From positions 2,912,001 through 2,976,000 of the forward strand of contig CBDCJV010000002.1 of the NCBI GenBank assembly GCA_965217895.1: a stretch of DNA of 64,000 bases, written 5' to 3'. Position numbers and translations under genes: made by a program. Shown piece by piece: positions 42,039 through 53,166 of this stretch (position 1 is its first letter; each line of letters starts with the position of its first letter). This DNA comes from Waterburya sp. GTDB taxonomy: Bacteria > Cyanobacteriota > Cyanobacteriia > Cyanobacteriales > Xenococcaceae. The notes below the pieces were generated by a model. That model was not told where the DNA came from. It saw only the letters and a program-made list of their open reading frames with translations, and searched no databases.

Positions 42039-43817
42039 ATGGCTACTAATAAAGCGTTTGACATTAATTCTAACATTGTCGAAGATTGGCTAGGAGGATA
42101 CAAACTAGAACTCGATCTAGCTCCAAAATCCAACGCTGACAACTGGACATTAGACTTCGAGCTTCCTTATAAAATCTCTGCTGCTTATGGTGTAGATCTA
42201 GTCAACAATGGCAACGGTAGCTATACAATCAGTGGTCAAAACGATTGGGCAAACCTAAACCAAGGACAATCGATTAAACCCATCTTCATAATTGAAGACA
42301 ATGGACAACAGGCACTAAATCCAGAATTCAAAGCTACGCCTGCTGAGGTTGCCGTAATTCCTGATGTGTCTCTCAACTCAGGTTCAATTGATAACGTTGA
42401 TTCAACTTCAAATACTAGTTTCGAGAGTACAGATACTAATAAAGCGTTTAACATTAATTCAAACGTTGTCGAAGATTGGCTAGGAGGATACAAACTAGAA
42501 CTCGATCTAACTTCAGAATCCAACGCTGACAACTGGACATTAGACTTCGAGCTTCCTTATAAAATCTCTGCTGCTTATGGTGTAGATCTAGTTAACAATG
42601 GCAACGGTAGCTATACAATCAGTGGTCAAAATAATCAGGCAAATCTAAACCAAGGACAATCGATTAAACCCATCTTCATAATTGAAGACAATGGACAACA
42701 GGCATTAACTCCAGAATTCAAAGCTACGCCTGCCGAAATTTCTTCGCCATCTAATGATGTGCCTATTAACTCAGGTTCGATTGATAACGTTGATTCAACT
42801 TCAAATAATAGTCCCAATAACGATATTGTTACTGAACCAAAAAGCGGTGAAAAAATTATCAGCGTGGATAATGATTTTGGTGGCAATTTAGCAAGTGCGA
42901 TCGCCTCGGCAAATAATGGTGATATAGTTCAGTTAGGTAGTAAAACTTACTACACTTCGGGAATCACGATTGACAAAGATATTACCATTGATGGTCAAAA
43001 AGGTTCGGTTGTCAACGGAGGCGGAACATTAGAATCGATCTTTACAGTAGCTCAAGGAGCGACTGGCGCAACTATCCAAGACATAGAAATAACCAATGGT
43101 AATAATGGCATCTCTGGTAATGGCGCGCGCAACCTCTTGTTGCAAAATCTTAATGTCAACAATATCGGTATCAATAATCCCATTAGAGAAGGTCAGAATA
43201 ACACTGGCATTAGTCTTGGTCATGCGGATGGACTTCAGATACTTAATATAGACGTATCTAACATAGGCAGAAAAGGTGTTAGCGTTGGCGACACCAACGG
43301 AGCAATAATCAGCGGTATCTCAGTACAAGGTGTTAATCTGGCAGCGCAACACGCCCAAAGTCATGATGCTGCTGGCATTAAATTTTTTAACACTAATCAA
43401 GTTACCATCAAAGATAGTTACTTTGCCGATATAAATGCGATGAATATTTGGAACGATACTACCAATGGTACGGTAATTGATAATAATGTAATTAAAAACG
43501 TAGGAGAAGACTTTATAGCACCTGGTTTTAATAATAATGTAGATATCCATGGTATCTACAATGAAAAAAGCTCTAACTCAATTGTTAAAAATAATTCTGC
43601 TACCGCAGTTGGCAGTTTTGCTGCATTTAATGCAACAGAATTTACTACTGAAACCATGACTCTGGAAAACAATAATAATTTCTCAAGCTCAGAAATTGGG
43701 ACACAAGACTATTGGGTTAATGAAGAAGCTGAAAAGCTGATTGCCCTAACCGAAAATCCAGATGAGGCAAACTTTGATTTATTTGCCGACGAATATTATG
43801 CCCAGGCTAATATTTAA
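42039..43817 (+). CDS. Tandem CBM2-like domains plus right-handed beta-helix (pectin-lyase-like) domain
   Basis: Two near-identical W.GGYKLELDL...WTLDF...YGV modules (390-bp period) and Asn/Gly-rich beta-helix repeats. Confidence 0.75.
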   Translation: MATNKAFDINSNIVEDWLGGYKLELDLAPKSNADNWTLDFELPYKISAAYGVDLVNNGNGSYTISGQNDWANLNQGQSIKPIFIIEDNGQQALNPEFKATPAEVAVIPDVSLNSGSIDNVDSTSNTSFESTDTNKAFNINSNVVEDWLGGYKLELDLTSESNADNWTLDFELPYKISAAYGVDLVNNGNGSYTISGQNNQANLNQGQSIKPIFIIEDNGQQALTPEFKATPAEISSPSNDVPINSGSIDNVDSTSNNSPNNDIVTEPKSGEKIISVDNDFGGNLASAIASANNGDIVQLGSKTYYTSGITIDKDITIDGQKGSVVNGGGTLESIFTVAQGATGATIQDIEITNGNNGISGNGARNLLLQNLNVNNIGINNPIREGQNNTGISLGHADGLQILNIDVSNIGRKGVSVGDTNGAIISGISVQGVNLAAQHAQSHDAAGIKFFNTNQVTIKDSYFADINAMNIWNDTTNGTVIDNNVIKNVGEDFIAPGFNNNVDIHGIYNEKSSNSIVKNNSATAVGSFAAFNATEFTTETMTLENNNNFSSSEIGTQDYWVNEEAEKLIALTENPDEANFDLFADEYYAQANI

Positions 43818-44226
43818 TATTTCCTAATATTTCTTAGCATTACAGATTTACCAACATCTTCATCTATCTCTTGATGTAGATAAATAATATTTTTCTGGCA
43901 GAAATTTATCACTTTAGCCAGATTTTTGCTTTGATATTTTCTAGTAAATTTATTTTGATCGTAAAAGTATAAAATTTAAAAAATACATAGGCGCATAGTA
44001 ACAAGATGGACATTGTTAGAATTATTTGTGCAATATTTCTGCCACCTCTAGGAGTATTTTTGCAAACAGGCTTTAGTACTCAACTAGCAATTAATATCGT
44101 ATTGACTTTACTAGGCTATATACCTGGAATTGTTCATGCAATATGGATAATTGCTAGGGAATAAATTAAAAATCTTAATTGATTAATTTATCAGACTAGG
44201 AAGTGCGATCGCCCAAACTTAACTAC

Positions 44227-46368
44227 TTAGCCTTTTACTATCGCCCCAAAGTCGGCTAACACTCTGGCATGATTTCGCAGTAATCCTAAAAGATTCAAGC
44301 GGTTGCGTTTAACATTCGGGTTGTCTGCCATCACCAGCACGCTATTTTCACCATCAAAAAAGCTACTAACAACAGGTGCAATTTTTCCTAATCCGTCGAT
44401 TAATAATTGATAATTACGCTCTGCTTGGGAAGCTTCGGTTTGAGGTAACAACTCTAACAGTGCGTCATAAAACTCTCTCTCAGAAGATTCTTCAAACAAT
44501 TCAGGATTAACTAATCCTTCGGGGTTTAATGCTGAAGTATCTAAATTGCCTTTAGCTGCCAAACGAGCAGAACGATTGATAGTTTCGTAGATTTCAGTGA
44601 GCTTACCATTGTTGCGAGTCTCCTGTAGAAATAAAGCGCGATCGCGAACGTCTAATAAATCCGTCAAAGCTCGCTCGGCATATTCGGCATCACCATCACC
44701 AACAATGGCATTAACTAAATCGTAATCAATATTTTTTTCTTGCAAAAGGCTACAGATTCGCTGAAGAAAGAATTCTTGTAAAGCTGCTACAGGAGAAGTG
44801 CGATCGCTATGACCCGAAACAAAATCTGCTGCACCTTGTTCAATTAGCTGATTCAAATTTATTTCTAAATCGGCATCCCAAATAATATTAATTATCCCGT
44901 TAGCTGCACGGCGCAGGGCAAATGGATCTGATGAACCTGTAGGCATCATACCAATCCCAAAAATGCCAATTAAAGTATCCAGGCGATCGGCTAAACCTAC
45001 TACCTGACCGTTTAAGGTACTAGGCATCATATCGTCTGCGCCTCTGGGTAAATAATGCTCAAAGATACCTTTTGCCACTGTCTCGGATTCGCCACTCACC
45101 ACAGCATATTTTTCTCCCATAACCCCCTGTAGTTCGGGAAACTCATAAACCATTTGGGTAACTAAGTCGGCTTTGCAAAGTAAGGCGGTGCTTTCGATTT
45201 CGTTTTGCTGTTCCTCGCTAACCTCAAGCTGTTGGGCGATGATCTTGGCAGTATCAATAATACGATCTACCTTATCCCGCATTGTGCCAAGTTCTGCTTG
45301 AAAAGTGACCGTTTCTAGTTGAGGAATATAAGTATCAAGATGCTCGTCGCAATCAGCTTGATAGAAAAATTGAGCATCTGCTAATCTAGCGCGGATCACT
45401 CTGCCGTTACCTTCCGCGATCGCCTCTTTTTTGTCAGGGTCGCCATTGGAAATAGTAATAAAGTTAGGCAAAAGGATATTATCAACCCCTGCTTGATGAA
45501 CAGGGAAATAACGCTGATGGCTTACCATAACTGTAGTAATTACCTCAGTTGGTAGCTTCAGAAAATCTGCTGCAAACTTTCCCGTAACTGCGGTCGGATA
45601 TTCGACTAAATTAATCACTTCTGCCAGCAGGTCTGGGTATATTTCGGCTTTTGCGCCTAATTTTTCGGCTTCAGCTAAAATACCTGCCGTTATTTTCTCT
45701 TTCCTAGCTTCTAATTCAACTTCTACAAAGGCAGATCTAAGAGTTGTTATATAATCTGTCGCCTGGGCAATACTAACAGCGTCAGGATGTAAAACTCGAT
45801 GTCCGCGAGAGATGCGATCGCTTTTAATGGTTTCTGAACCATTAATCAGTTCTAAAGGCATGACTTGGCTGTCCCACAATGCCACTAGCCAGCGAATAGG
45901 TCGGGGAAACCGTAAATCCCCGTCGCCCCAACGCATAAAGCGTTTCCCTTCTAAGCCAGTAATCCATTGAGGGCATAACTCTTGGAGAATTTCCACTGTA
46001 TTGCGACCTGGGATTTTTTTCTGGATAAAGGTAAACTCTCCTTTAGGAGTATCACGAATTTCAAGCTCATCAAGACTGACTCCCTGTTTACGAGCAAAAC
46101 CCTCTGCTGCCTTAGTTGGTTGACCATCTTTAAATGCTGCTTTGACAGGAGGTCCTTTTATCTCTTCTTCTCGGTCTGCTTGCTGACTGGGAATATCTTT
46201 AATTAGAATGGCTAAACGGCGAGGAGTTCCATAATATTCTACTGCTGCGGGATTTAAAAACTCTTGTGCTAAACTAGCGGGAACTTTATTTTGCCACTGT
46301 GCGATCGCGCTACTGACAAAATCTGCGGGTAATTCTTCTGTACCTACTTCCAACAAAAAATCAGCCAT
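44227..46368 (-). CDS. glyS: Glycine-tRNA ligase beta subunit
   Basis: [20 protein letters not shown]....[29 protein letters not shown]. Confidence 0.98.
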   Translation of the reverse strand: MADFLLEVGTEELPADFVSSAIAQWQNKVPASLAQEFLNPAAVEYYGTPRRLAILIKDIPSQQADREEEIKGPPVKAAFKDGQPTKAAEGFARKQGVSLDELEIRDTPKGEFTFIQKKIPGRNTVEILQELCPQWITGLEGKRFMRWGDGDLRFPRPIRWLVALWDSQVMPLELINGSETIKSDRISRGHRVLHPDAVSIAQATDYITTLRSAFVEVELEARKEKITAGILAEAEKLGAKAEIYPDLLAEVINLVEYPTAVTGKFAADFLKLPTEVITTVMVSHQRYFPVHQAGVDNILLPNFITISNGDPDKKEAIAEGNGRVIRARLADAQFFYQADCDEHLDTYIPQLETVTFQAELGTMRDKVDRIIDTAKIIAQQLEVSEEQQNEIESTALLCKADLVTQMVYEFPELQGVMGEKYAVVSGESETVAKGIFEHYLPRGADDMMPSTLNGQVVGLADRLDTLIGIFGIGMMPTGSSDPFALRRAANGIINIIWDADLEINLNQLIEQGAADFVSGHSDRTSPVAALQEFFLQRICSLLQEKNIDYDLVNAIVGDGDAEYAERALTDLLDVRDRALFLQETRNNGKLTEIYETINRSARLAAKGNLDTSALNPEGLVNPELFEESSEREFYDALLELLPQTEASQAERNYQLLIDGLGKIAPVVSSFFDGENSVLVMADNPNVKRNRLNLLGLLRNHARVLADFGAIVKG

Positions 46369-46494
46369 GAAATAAAGATCTATTTACTGCCGTACCGTTT
46401 AAACAGGATAGCAGTTATCCCCCATCAATTATCAGCTATCGCGAGCTAATCTTTGACTTGCAGAAAAATAGTTTAATCTTACAAAATAACTACA

Positions 46495-46528
46495 CAAGAA
46501 AAAACCACCTTTTTAGATTAAGGTGGCT
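46495..46528 (-). terminator. Rho-independent terminator downstream of the small ORF
   Basis: Minus strand GCCACCTT-AATCTAAA-AAGGTGGT followed by a T-tract. Confidence 0.7.
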
Positions 46529-46550
46529 TGGCGCGAAATGCGTTTAATTT

Positions 46551-46724
46551 TTAGCCTTGAATTAGGCTATATTCAATGTGAGTCTCGTTTGAGTCAACAA
46601 TCTCCACAGTTCCCCAGGACTCTAAATCTTTAAGGTAGTTCAAGTTTTGTTGATTATTTTTGATCTTACCTAAAAATCTGTCCCGCGTTTTTTTTGCTTT
46701 GCTTCTGAGAATGTAGATATTCAT
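46551..46724 (-). CDS. 57-aa small protein absent from the ORF track, possibly AtpTheta/Norf1-like
   Basis: MNIYILRSKAKKTRDRFLGKIKNNQQNLNYLKDLESWGTVEIVDSNETHIEYSLIQG, with its own terminator; family guess rests on a recalled DS.E.H.EYSL motif. Confidence 0.6.
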   Translation of the reverse strand: MNIYILRSKAKKTRDRFLGKIKNNQQNLNYLKDLESWGTVEIVDSNETHIEYSLIQG

Positions 46725-47105
46725 AGACTATATATTTACCTAAAGTGTTTGCGTATTTAGACTCGTTACTTACCAATTTGATAACACCATAAATAATAAT
46801 AGTAAAGTTACGGACAAGTTTTATTCGCTATATAAAGTTAACGTAAAGTTTACTTAGTCGAATTACAGAATATAATTTTTTATTGCCGATTAAAATTTAG
46901 GGTTTAGTTAAAATTAATGACTAAAATCAAAAGATGAAGTAACTATAAATCCTTCTGCCATAATAAAAAATTACTAAATGTAACTTTGGGCAAACATGAA
47001 AAAACTATTAATTAATTTATGATTGCTCAATAAAAAACTGGCAAGTTACAATAACTCACCAGTAAAATAGTTGACGCAACCACTTATATTTATCAGTAAT
47101 CTCAA

Positions 47106-47705
47106 CTACTCTTTTTCTTCAATTACCCGATCGATCAGACCATACTCCTTCGCTTCGTAAGCCGACATAAAGTAGTCGCGATCGGTATCTTTCTTAATTT
47201 TCTCGATAGACTGCCCCGTGTTGTCAGCCATCATTTGGTTTAGCTGATCGCGAATACGCAGGATTTCTCTAGCTTCAATGTCAATATCTGTCGCCTGTCT
47301 GCGTCCTTGAACACCTCCTAAAGGTTGGTGAATCATAATTCGCGCATGGGGTAACGCTAAACGCTTACCTTTTGTACCGCCAGAGAGCAAAAATGCACCC
47401 ATAGAGGCAGCCAAGCCAACGCAGATAGTTACAACTTCCGATTTAATATGACGCATGGTGTCATAAATCGCCAGTCCAGCAGTTACCGAACCACCAGGAG
47501 AATTGATATATAAGTAAATTGGCTTACCAGGATCATCAGAATCGAGGTAGAGCATAATGGCAATTATTTGATTTGCCAAGGCATCGTTAACGCCTCTGCC
47601 GAGGAAGATAATACGCTCGCGATAGAGGCGATCGTAAATGCCAATCCAGTCGCTATATTGCTGACCAGGCATTTGATAGGGAACTTTAGGAACACCAATG
47701 GGCAT
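47106..47705 (-). CDS. clpP: ATP-dependent Clp protease proteolytic subunit (ClpP3 type)
   Basis: YINSPGG, GLAASMG catalytic Ser, IMIHQP His; downstream of clpR. Confidence 0.95.
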   Translation of the reverse strand: MPIGVPKVPYQMPGQQYSDWIGIYDRLYRERIIFLGRGVNDALANQIIAIMLYLDSDDPGKPIYLYINSPGGSVTAGLAIYDTMRHIKSEVVTICVGLAASMGAFLLSGGTKGKRLALPHARIMIHQPLGGVQGRRQATDIDIEAREILRIRDQLNQMMADNTGQSIEKIKKDTDRDYFMSAYEAKEYGLIDRVIEEKE

Positions 47706-47740
47706 AAGATTTTTTACCTTAGTTATTGATTACGTTTGTT

Positions 47741-48433
47741 TTAAGTCAGAGTAGAAACAGGAGTAGGTAGATCGCTTGTACTTTCTAGAACTTTGTCAAT
47801 TAACCCATACTCCTTGGCATCTTGAGGAGTCATATACAGCATCCTGTCTGTATCTTTCTCTAATTTTTCGATTGGCTGACCAGTGTTTTGACTAAAAATT
47901 TCTAGCACAGCACGTTTATTTTCTAATACTTCCTTAGCACGGATTTGAATGTCTGAGGCTTGACCCTGCGCTCCCTGACGAGCTTGGTGGAGAATAATCG
48001 TACCATTAGGCAAACTAGCGCGATAGCCTTTTGCTCCTGAAGAGAGGATCATGGCTGCTGTCCCCATAGCCTGACCAATACAAATAGTATGTACTGGAGG
48101 CTTGATGTAGGAAATAGTGTCGCAAATCGCAAAAGCTTCGGTTTCAAAGCCAATTGAATCTCCACCATACCAAGATGTACCAGTAGAATTGATATACATG
48201 GTGATTGGCTTTTCAGGATCGTCAAATTGCAGATAGAGCAACTGAGCCACAATCAACTCTGTAACGTCAATGCCAATCTGATCTTTATATTCGTCAGGAG
48301 ATACTAAAGGAAGTCCTAAATAAACGATACGTTCTTTTAGTAGTAGAGAAGGTAAATCTGGGGGTGGAGTGCGATACATACTACCACCGCCTCCTCTGTA
48401 GGGTGCTTGTACTGCCTGAATTGGTGAATCCAT
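47741..48433 (-). CDS. clpR: Non-catalytic Clp subunit ClpR
   Basis: RTPPPDLPSLLLKERIVYLG, YINSTG, GQAMGTAA lacking the catalytic Ser. Confidence 0.92.
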   Translation of the reverse strand: MDSPIQAVQAPYRGGGGSMYRTPPPDLPSLLLKERIVYLGLPLVSPDEYKDQIGIDVTELIVAQLLYLQFDDPEKPITMYINSTGTSWYGGDSIGFETEAFAICDTISYIKPPVHTICIGQAMGTAAMILSSGAKGYRASLPNGTIILHQARQGAQGQASDIQIRAKEVLENKRAVLEIFSQNTGQPIEKLEKDTDRMLYMTPQDAKEYGLIDKVLESTSDLPTPVSTLT

Positions 48434-48643
48434 AGTATTTTTAAGTTAATTTACCTCTTAATATTGTTATCTCCCAGGGCAAATTGGTGAAAAAACAACT
48501 AATAAACTTTATTTATGCTTCTATGCCAAGGTTAGTAAAATGATTTTAACGCATCTATTAAGCCAGGATTAAGCTAGTTTTAATCCCTAAAACCGAACAC
48601 AACCGAACCATTTTCATTTTTTCTTTGCTGTTGACAATCACTT

Positions 48644-49915
48644 ATGGCTAGAACGATCGCTCTAATTGCCCATGACAATAAAAAAGACGATATAGTAAAA
48701 TTTGCCATTCGTCACCAGCCTCTATTAGCTCGCTATCATCTTGTCGCTACAGAAACTACGGGTAAACGTATCGAAGACGCTACCAATCTAATCATAGAAC
48801 GTATGGCATCAGGATCGGTGGGAGGAGATGCTCAAATTGCTGCCAGGGTGGTTGCAGGGGAAATAATCGCGGTTATCTTTTTAATCGATCCTTCAAATGC
48901 CAAACCTCACGAGCCAAACATTCAGGCACTGCTGCGGATTTGTAACGTTCACTTAGTTCCTCTGGCAACGAATCTGGGTACGGCAGAAGCGATCGCCACT
49001 AGCTTTGCTCAAAGTTTAGTCGCTCATCTGATCTTTAATCCTGTATCTGGTGGAGGCAATGGCGAGCAAGATCTCAACTTTATTAAACAAATGCTCGAAC
49101 CTCATTTACACCTAGAGGTTCATTTAACCAGCCTCGATATCAGCCCTCAAGAATTAGCAATTGTGGCGATCGCTCAAGATGCAGATTTGATTATTGCCTC
49201 TGGGGGAGATGGTACAGTTTCTGCCGTAGCGGGGGCGATGATTGGTACAGATGTGCCTTTAGGTGTTATCCCTAGAGGTACGGCAAATGCTTTTGGTATG
49301 GCGTTAGGAATTACCCAACAAATCAATCAGCTACGACGAGCCTGCGAAATAATCTTGGCAGGAAATACCAGAGTAATTGATGCAGCCAGATGTAATAATT
49401 TGCCTTTAATTTTATTAGCGGGCATTGGCTACGAAGCCGAAACCATTGAAAAAGCCGATCGCGAAGCCAAAAACCGTTGGGGCCCTTTGGCATATATAAT
49501 GGCTGGTTGGCAGCAGCTAGACGAACAACAGCTATTTGAGGCAGAAATTGAAATTGAAGGGGAAATAAGAACTGTTCAGGCTGGAGCAATTACCATTGCT
49601 AACGCTGCGCCTCCTACCTCAGTATTGGCTCAGGGAATTGGCGAGGTGGTAGTAGATGATGGCTTATTGGATATTACTATTGCCACGGTGGAAAACAAAA
49701 TTCAGGCTGTGACCACTATGTTAAGTATGCTTGGTGCAGCTTTAATTAGAACTAGTGCAGAATTAGATAATATAGTTCATTTGCGATCGCCTAAAGTAAA
49801 AATCTCCGCCAACCCAATTCAGAAAGTTGTTTTAGATGGCGAAATTATTGGCAATACGCCTCTAGAAATTGAATGTTTGCCCCAAAGTTTAACTGTTTTT
49901 GTTCCCGTCTTGTGA
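48644..49915 (+). CDS. mgsA: Methylglyoxal synthase / diacylglycerol-kinase-like fusion
   Basis: IALIAHD.KK, GGD.QI, PHEP, then NPVSG, GGDGT, P.GTAN.F DAGK motifs. Confidence 0.9.
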   Translation: MARTIALIAHDNKKDDIVKFAIRHQPLLARYHLVATETTGKRIEDATNLIIERMASGSVGGDAQIAARVVAGEIIAVIFLIDPSNAKPHEPNIQALLRICNVHLVPLATNLGTAEAIATSFAQSLVAHLIFNPVSGGGNGEQDLNFIKQMLEPHLHLEVHLTSLDISPQELAIVAIAQDADLIIASGGDGTVSAVAGAMIGTDVPLGVIPRGTANAFGMALGITQQINQLRRACEIILAGNTRVIDAARCNNLPLILLAGIGYEAETIEKADREAKNRWGPLAYIMAGWQQLDEQQLFEAEIEIEGEIRTVQAGAITIANAAPPTSVLAQGIGEVVVDDGLLDITIATVENKIQAVTTMLSMLGAALIRTSAELDNIVHLRSPKVKISANPIQKVVLDGEIIGNTPLEIECLPQSLTVFVPVL

Positions 49916-49944
49916 AGGTTGAAGTTTACAATAGCAACAGTTTT

Positions 49945-50004
49945 GTAGGGTGGGCAAATTCCTGAAATTGGATAGTAGTATTCAATCAAATAATTTTTGC
50001 CCAC
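49945..50004. repeat. GTAG-type REP-like inverted repeat
   Basis: GTAGGGTGGGCAAATT...TTTTTGCCCAC. Confidence 0.65.
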
Positions 50005-50100
50005 AGAATAGAGCAGTTAGGTGAGGAACATTTTTAGATTTCAACGTCAATATCAATAAATATTATTATTTAAACCTATTAAACCTATGGAGATAAGTAA

Positions 50101-51735
50101 ATGAAATTCTCTGGAAAGATGAGCCATATATTACTGGGAACAGTAGGCTTGAGTGCTGCTTTAGGTGCTTTTAACCTACTACAGCCACAAATTACCCAGG
50201 CTGCTATTGCTCAAATAGCTCAAGTTCTTTCTCCAGAAGAAGTTAACCTGCGTGCTAAACAAGTTACTGTACGCATAGACGGGGCTAATACTGGCTCTGG
50301 TGCAATCGTTGACTATTCAAACAAAGTTTACACTGTGCTGACCAACTGGCACGTGATGAAAAATCCAGGAGATTATGTCGTCCAAACCATAGATGGTAGA
50401 CAACATCAGGTAGATCCCGCTTCGATTAAGGAATTACCAGGATTAGATTTAGCAATATTGAAGTTCAACAGCAATGAAAACTATCAGGTAGCTGAAACTG
50501 GTAATTCGTCAGACTTAAACGAAGGACAAAGTATTTATTTTGCTGGCTATCCTGGAGAATTACGCACAGAAGACAATCGTTACTATCGGTTCTTTACAGC
50601 TAACCTGGTGGGCATATTACCAAAATCGACTGATAATGGCTATTCTCTAATTTATAGTGGAGAAGCCTTTCCTGGGATGAGTGGAGGTCCTGTTTATAAT
50701 CAAGAAGGATATATGATTGGAGTTCATGGAGAGGCAAATATCAATGCCATATCTGGAGGCACTTCCAACTATGGCATTCCAATTAATAGCTATAAAAGTG
50801 CGATCGCCAAATTAAATAATCCAACGCCATCAACTCCTGCCGCCAATAATACAGCCAGTCAGCCAGAATCTAAAACCCCTAAGCCAGCCAATAATCAGCC
50901 AGAAACTCAAGATAATTCTGGCGAAATTTCTTCTGTTCCTACTTTTACCCCAGATCGAGCCAACACCCCTACCCCTAAAACTCCAGAAATAGAAAAACAA
51001 CCGAAACAACCAGAAGAATCAGCTAAACCTGAGCCACAACCATCAAAAGCAGAGAATGAATCAACACAAGCCACAAATTCTCAACCCGCTCCAGCAGCAT
51101 CAGAAGCTACAAACACACCTGCTACCTCACCTGTTTCTTTAGTCTCTCCCAGAACTGGCATTGACTATACTAAACTGCGAGATTTACTAAAGGAAAAAAA
51201 ATGGTCAGAAGCAGATATACATACCTACCAACTCGTAGAGCAAATTATTAAAACCGCTAAACAGGAAAATAAACACGTTTTTATTGAATTAAAAGCCATT
51301 GCTCAGTTTTCTTGTCCCGATATTAGAACTATAGACAACCTCTGGGAAAAATACAGCGACCAAAAATTCGGCTTTAGTTCCCAGCAGAAAATTTGGCAAA
51401 GCGTCAATCAAAAAGGCGATTATTCCACTGAAACCTGGCGCAAGTTTGCCACAAAAGTGGGCTGGAAAAAAGGTGATGTAATCAACGGTAGTGGCTATCT
51501 ACTATACGATGAGCTTAATTTTGATCCTGCAAAAGCACCTCAAGGTCAACTGCCTTGGTGGTTTGCTCTACCAGATGAAGAACAAAAGGTAATCAAGCAA
51601 TTATTTGCTAGCTGCAACTTTAATCCTAGCGTTGAAGAGTTAAAGGCAGAAGCTGAAAGAGATAACCCTAAAAAGTCTCCTGAGAATGCCTCTAGCAATC
51701 AACCTAATATTAATAAAGCCCCTAAATCTTTTTAA
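50101..51735 (+). CDS. Secreted trypsin-like serine protease with Pro-rich linker and GUN4-like domain
   Basis: LTNWHV, DLAIL, GMSGGP triad; DY..LRDLL..KKW.EAD..T, IDNLW.KYS..KFGFS.Q..IW. Confidence 0.9.
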   Translation: MKFSGKMSHILLGTVGLSAALGAFNLLQPQITQAAIAQIAQVLSPEEVNLRAKQVTVRIDGANTGSGAIVDYSNKVYTVLTNWHVMKNPGDYVVQTIDGRQHQVDPASIKELPGLDLAILKFNSNENYQVAETGNSSDLNEGQSIYFAGYPGELRTEDNRYYRFFTANLVGILPKSTDNGYSLIYSGEAFPGMSGGPVYNQEGYMIGVHGEANINAISGGTSNYGIPINSYKSAIAKLNNPTPSTPAANNTASQPESKTPKPANNQPETQDNSGEISSVPTFTPDRANTPTPKTPEIEKQPKQPEESAKPEPQPSKAENESTQATNSQPAPAASEATNTPATSPVSLVSPRTGIDYTKLRDLLKEKKWSEADIHTYQLVEQIIKTAKQENKHVFIELKAIAQFSCPDIRTIDNLWEKYSDQKFGFSSQQKIWQSVNQKGDYSTETWRKFATKVGWKKGDVINGSGYLLYDELNFDPAKAPQGQLPWWFALPDEEQKVIKQLFASCNFNPSVEELKAEAERDNPKKSPENASSNQPNINKAPKSF

Positions 51736-51869
51736 CATTGAGCATTGAACAATTATCAATAAACAATGCAAGACACAAAGAATTACCATCAAAAGTGTCT
51801 GAAAAAAAAGCTAATAGCTGCAAATAATAACACCAAAGGCTTCATACGGAAAATTAGCAACGTTTAAAA

Positions 51870-52295
51870 ATGAAACACCATCAAACAGCCTTAAAAATAA
51901 AAACTACAGGAAAATCACTCCATAAAATTACTCGTCAAGTCGAACAAGCAGTAGAAAAATCTGGCGTTGCTACAGGCTTGTGTACTATATTTGTGCGTCA
52001 TACTTCTGCATCTTTATTGATCCAAGAAAATGCCGATCCTGATGTTTTAGTCGATCTAGAAAACTTCTTTGCTCAATTAGTTCCTGAAGACGCGACGCGA
52101 TATAATCATAGTGCCGAAGGAATGGATGATATGCCTGCTCATATTCGCTCTGCTTTAACCCATACTTCAGAACATATTCCTATTTCTAGAGCGCGATTAG
52201 CTTTAGGAACTTGGCAGGGTATTTATCTATGGGAACACCGTCAACGGGGCAATCAAAGAGAAGTAATTGTTCACGTCAGTGGAGATGAACATTAA
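51870..52295 (+). CDS. yjbQ: YjbQ family protein
   Basis: HTSASL.IQENADP.V, H..EG.DDMPAHI, LGTWQGIYL.EHR. Confidence 0.92.
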   Translation: MKHHQTALKIKTTGKSLHKITRQVEQAVEKSGVATGLCTIFVRHTSASLLIQENADPDVLVDLENFFAQLVPEDATRYNHSAEGMDDMPAHIRSALTHTSEHIPISRARLALGTWQGIYLWEHRQRGNQREVIVHVSGDEH

Positions 52296-52452
52296 AATCA
52301 ACAATCGAATAGTGTTACTAGGCAGTTTTGGTAAGCGATCGCCATTTTGAAGAACAAAACTTTTTAAGCTACTTAAACTATCTCCTAACTGTTTTTAAGA
52401 GGTCGCATTAACAACAGTTAGGACAAGTTGAGGCAACTTTAAAACTATCAAT

Positions 52453-52845
52453 TTATTTGCCTTGTATTAAGCCACTCAATTCATTTTCTACAGCTTCCAT
52501 ATATCCAGAATTTTCTAAAGCAGCAGGAGCTAGTTTTCCTGAATCAATTCCAGCCTGCACAAGATCTTTCGCCGTCACCTCTTTGTCTTGATACTCTTGA
52601 AGCAAAGTCCCAAAACCAGAGATTCCCCGATCTTTAAATTTGCCTTGGTAAGCCTGAGATACCAAAGCAGAAGGGCTAGTTTTTTCTTCTGTCATGTTCT
52701 GTTTGTCATTTGCCAATTCCAAACTACTTTCTTTAATAGAAGCTGTTTTGGCAAACACGGGTGAGTTATTTACCAGAGGCAAAACGATTGCAATAGACAA
52801 AGCACTGATACCTGCAATTATTTGATTTTTTGTTGAACGTTTCAT
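52453..52845 (-). CDS. Small secreted conserved cyanobacterial protein
   Basis: Signal peptide; P..LV..AYQG.....GI.G...L.......VTA.DLVQA.I. Confidence 0.75.
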   Translation of the reverse strand: MKRSTKNQIIAGISALSIAIVLPLVNNSPVFAKTASIKESSLELANDKQNMTEEKTSPSALVSQAYQGKFKDRGISGFGTLLQEYQDKEVTAKDLVQAGIDSGKLAPAALENSGYMEAVENELSGLIQGK

Positions 52846-52902
52846 AGTTATTAACTCTCTTGAATAAAGCTAAGAGAAATTCCTTTATTGATTACTAATG
52901 TA

Positions 52903-52935
52903 ACTATAGAATTATATTGTCAAGAACATAGCAAG
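52903..52935 (-). promoter_or_regulatory. Shared box, copy 1, plus -10
   Basis: CTTGCTATGTTCTTGACA-N9-TATAGT on the minus strand. Confidence 0.75.
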
Positions 52936-53080
52936 ATTAAGAGAAAGCAAATGTTTATTTGCAATTTATTATTCATGTAAAAAAAGTTCGATCAAAGCAA
53001 TTCTGATATAAAACGAACTTTTTCTTTATATCTTAGTTTTTCTTTTTGAATAGCTTAAATTTTAAAAATCAATCATAAAA

Positions 53081-53113
53081 CTTGCAAAGTTCTTGACATT
53101 TATCTTTTAAAGT
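53081..53113 (+). promoter_or_regulatory. Shared box, copy 2, plus -10
   Basis: CTTGCAAAGTTCTTGACA-N9-TAAAGT. Confidence 0.8.
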
Positions 53114-53166
53114 TCACTCGTCAATGAACTTCATACAAGAACTTTGATAAAAATATTTAATCTTTA

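Noticed and set aside
46551..46724. Small ORF as GifA/IF7 or PirA
   Set aside because: Only a short IKNxQQ resemblance to IF7; the rest does not match what I recall of either family, and there is no clear NtcA box
53093..53098. TTGACA in the shared box as a canonical -35 element
   Set aside because: Spacing to the conserved -10-like hexamer is 9 nt in all four copies, not about 17, so it reads better as a regulator half-site
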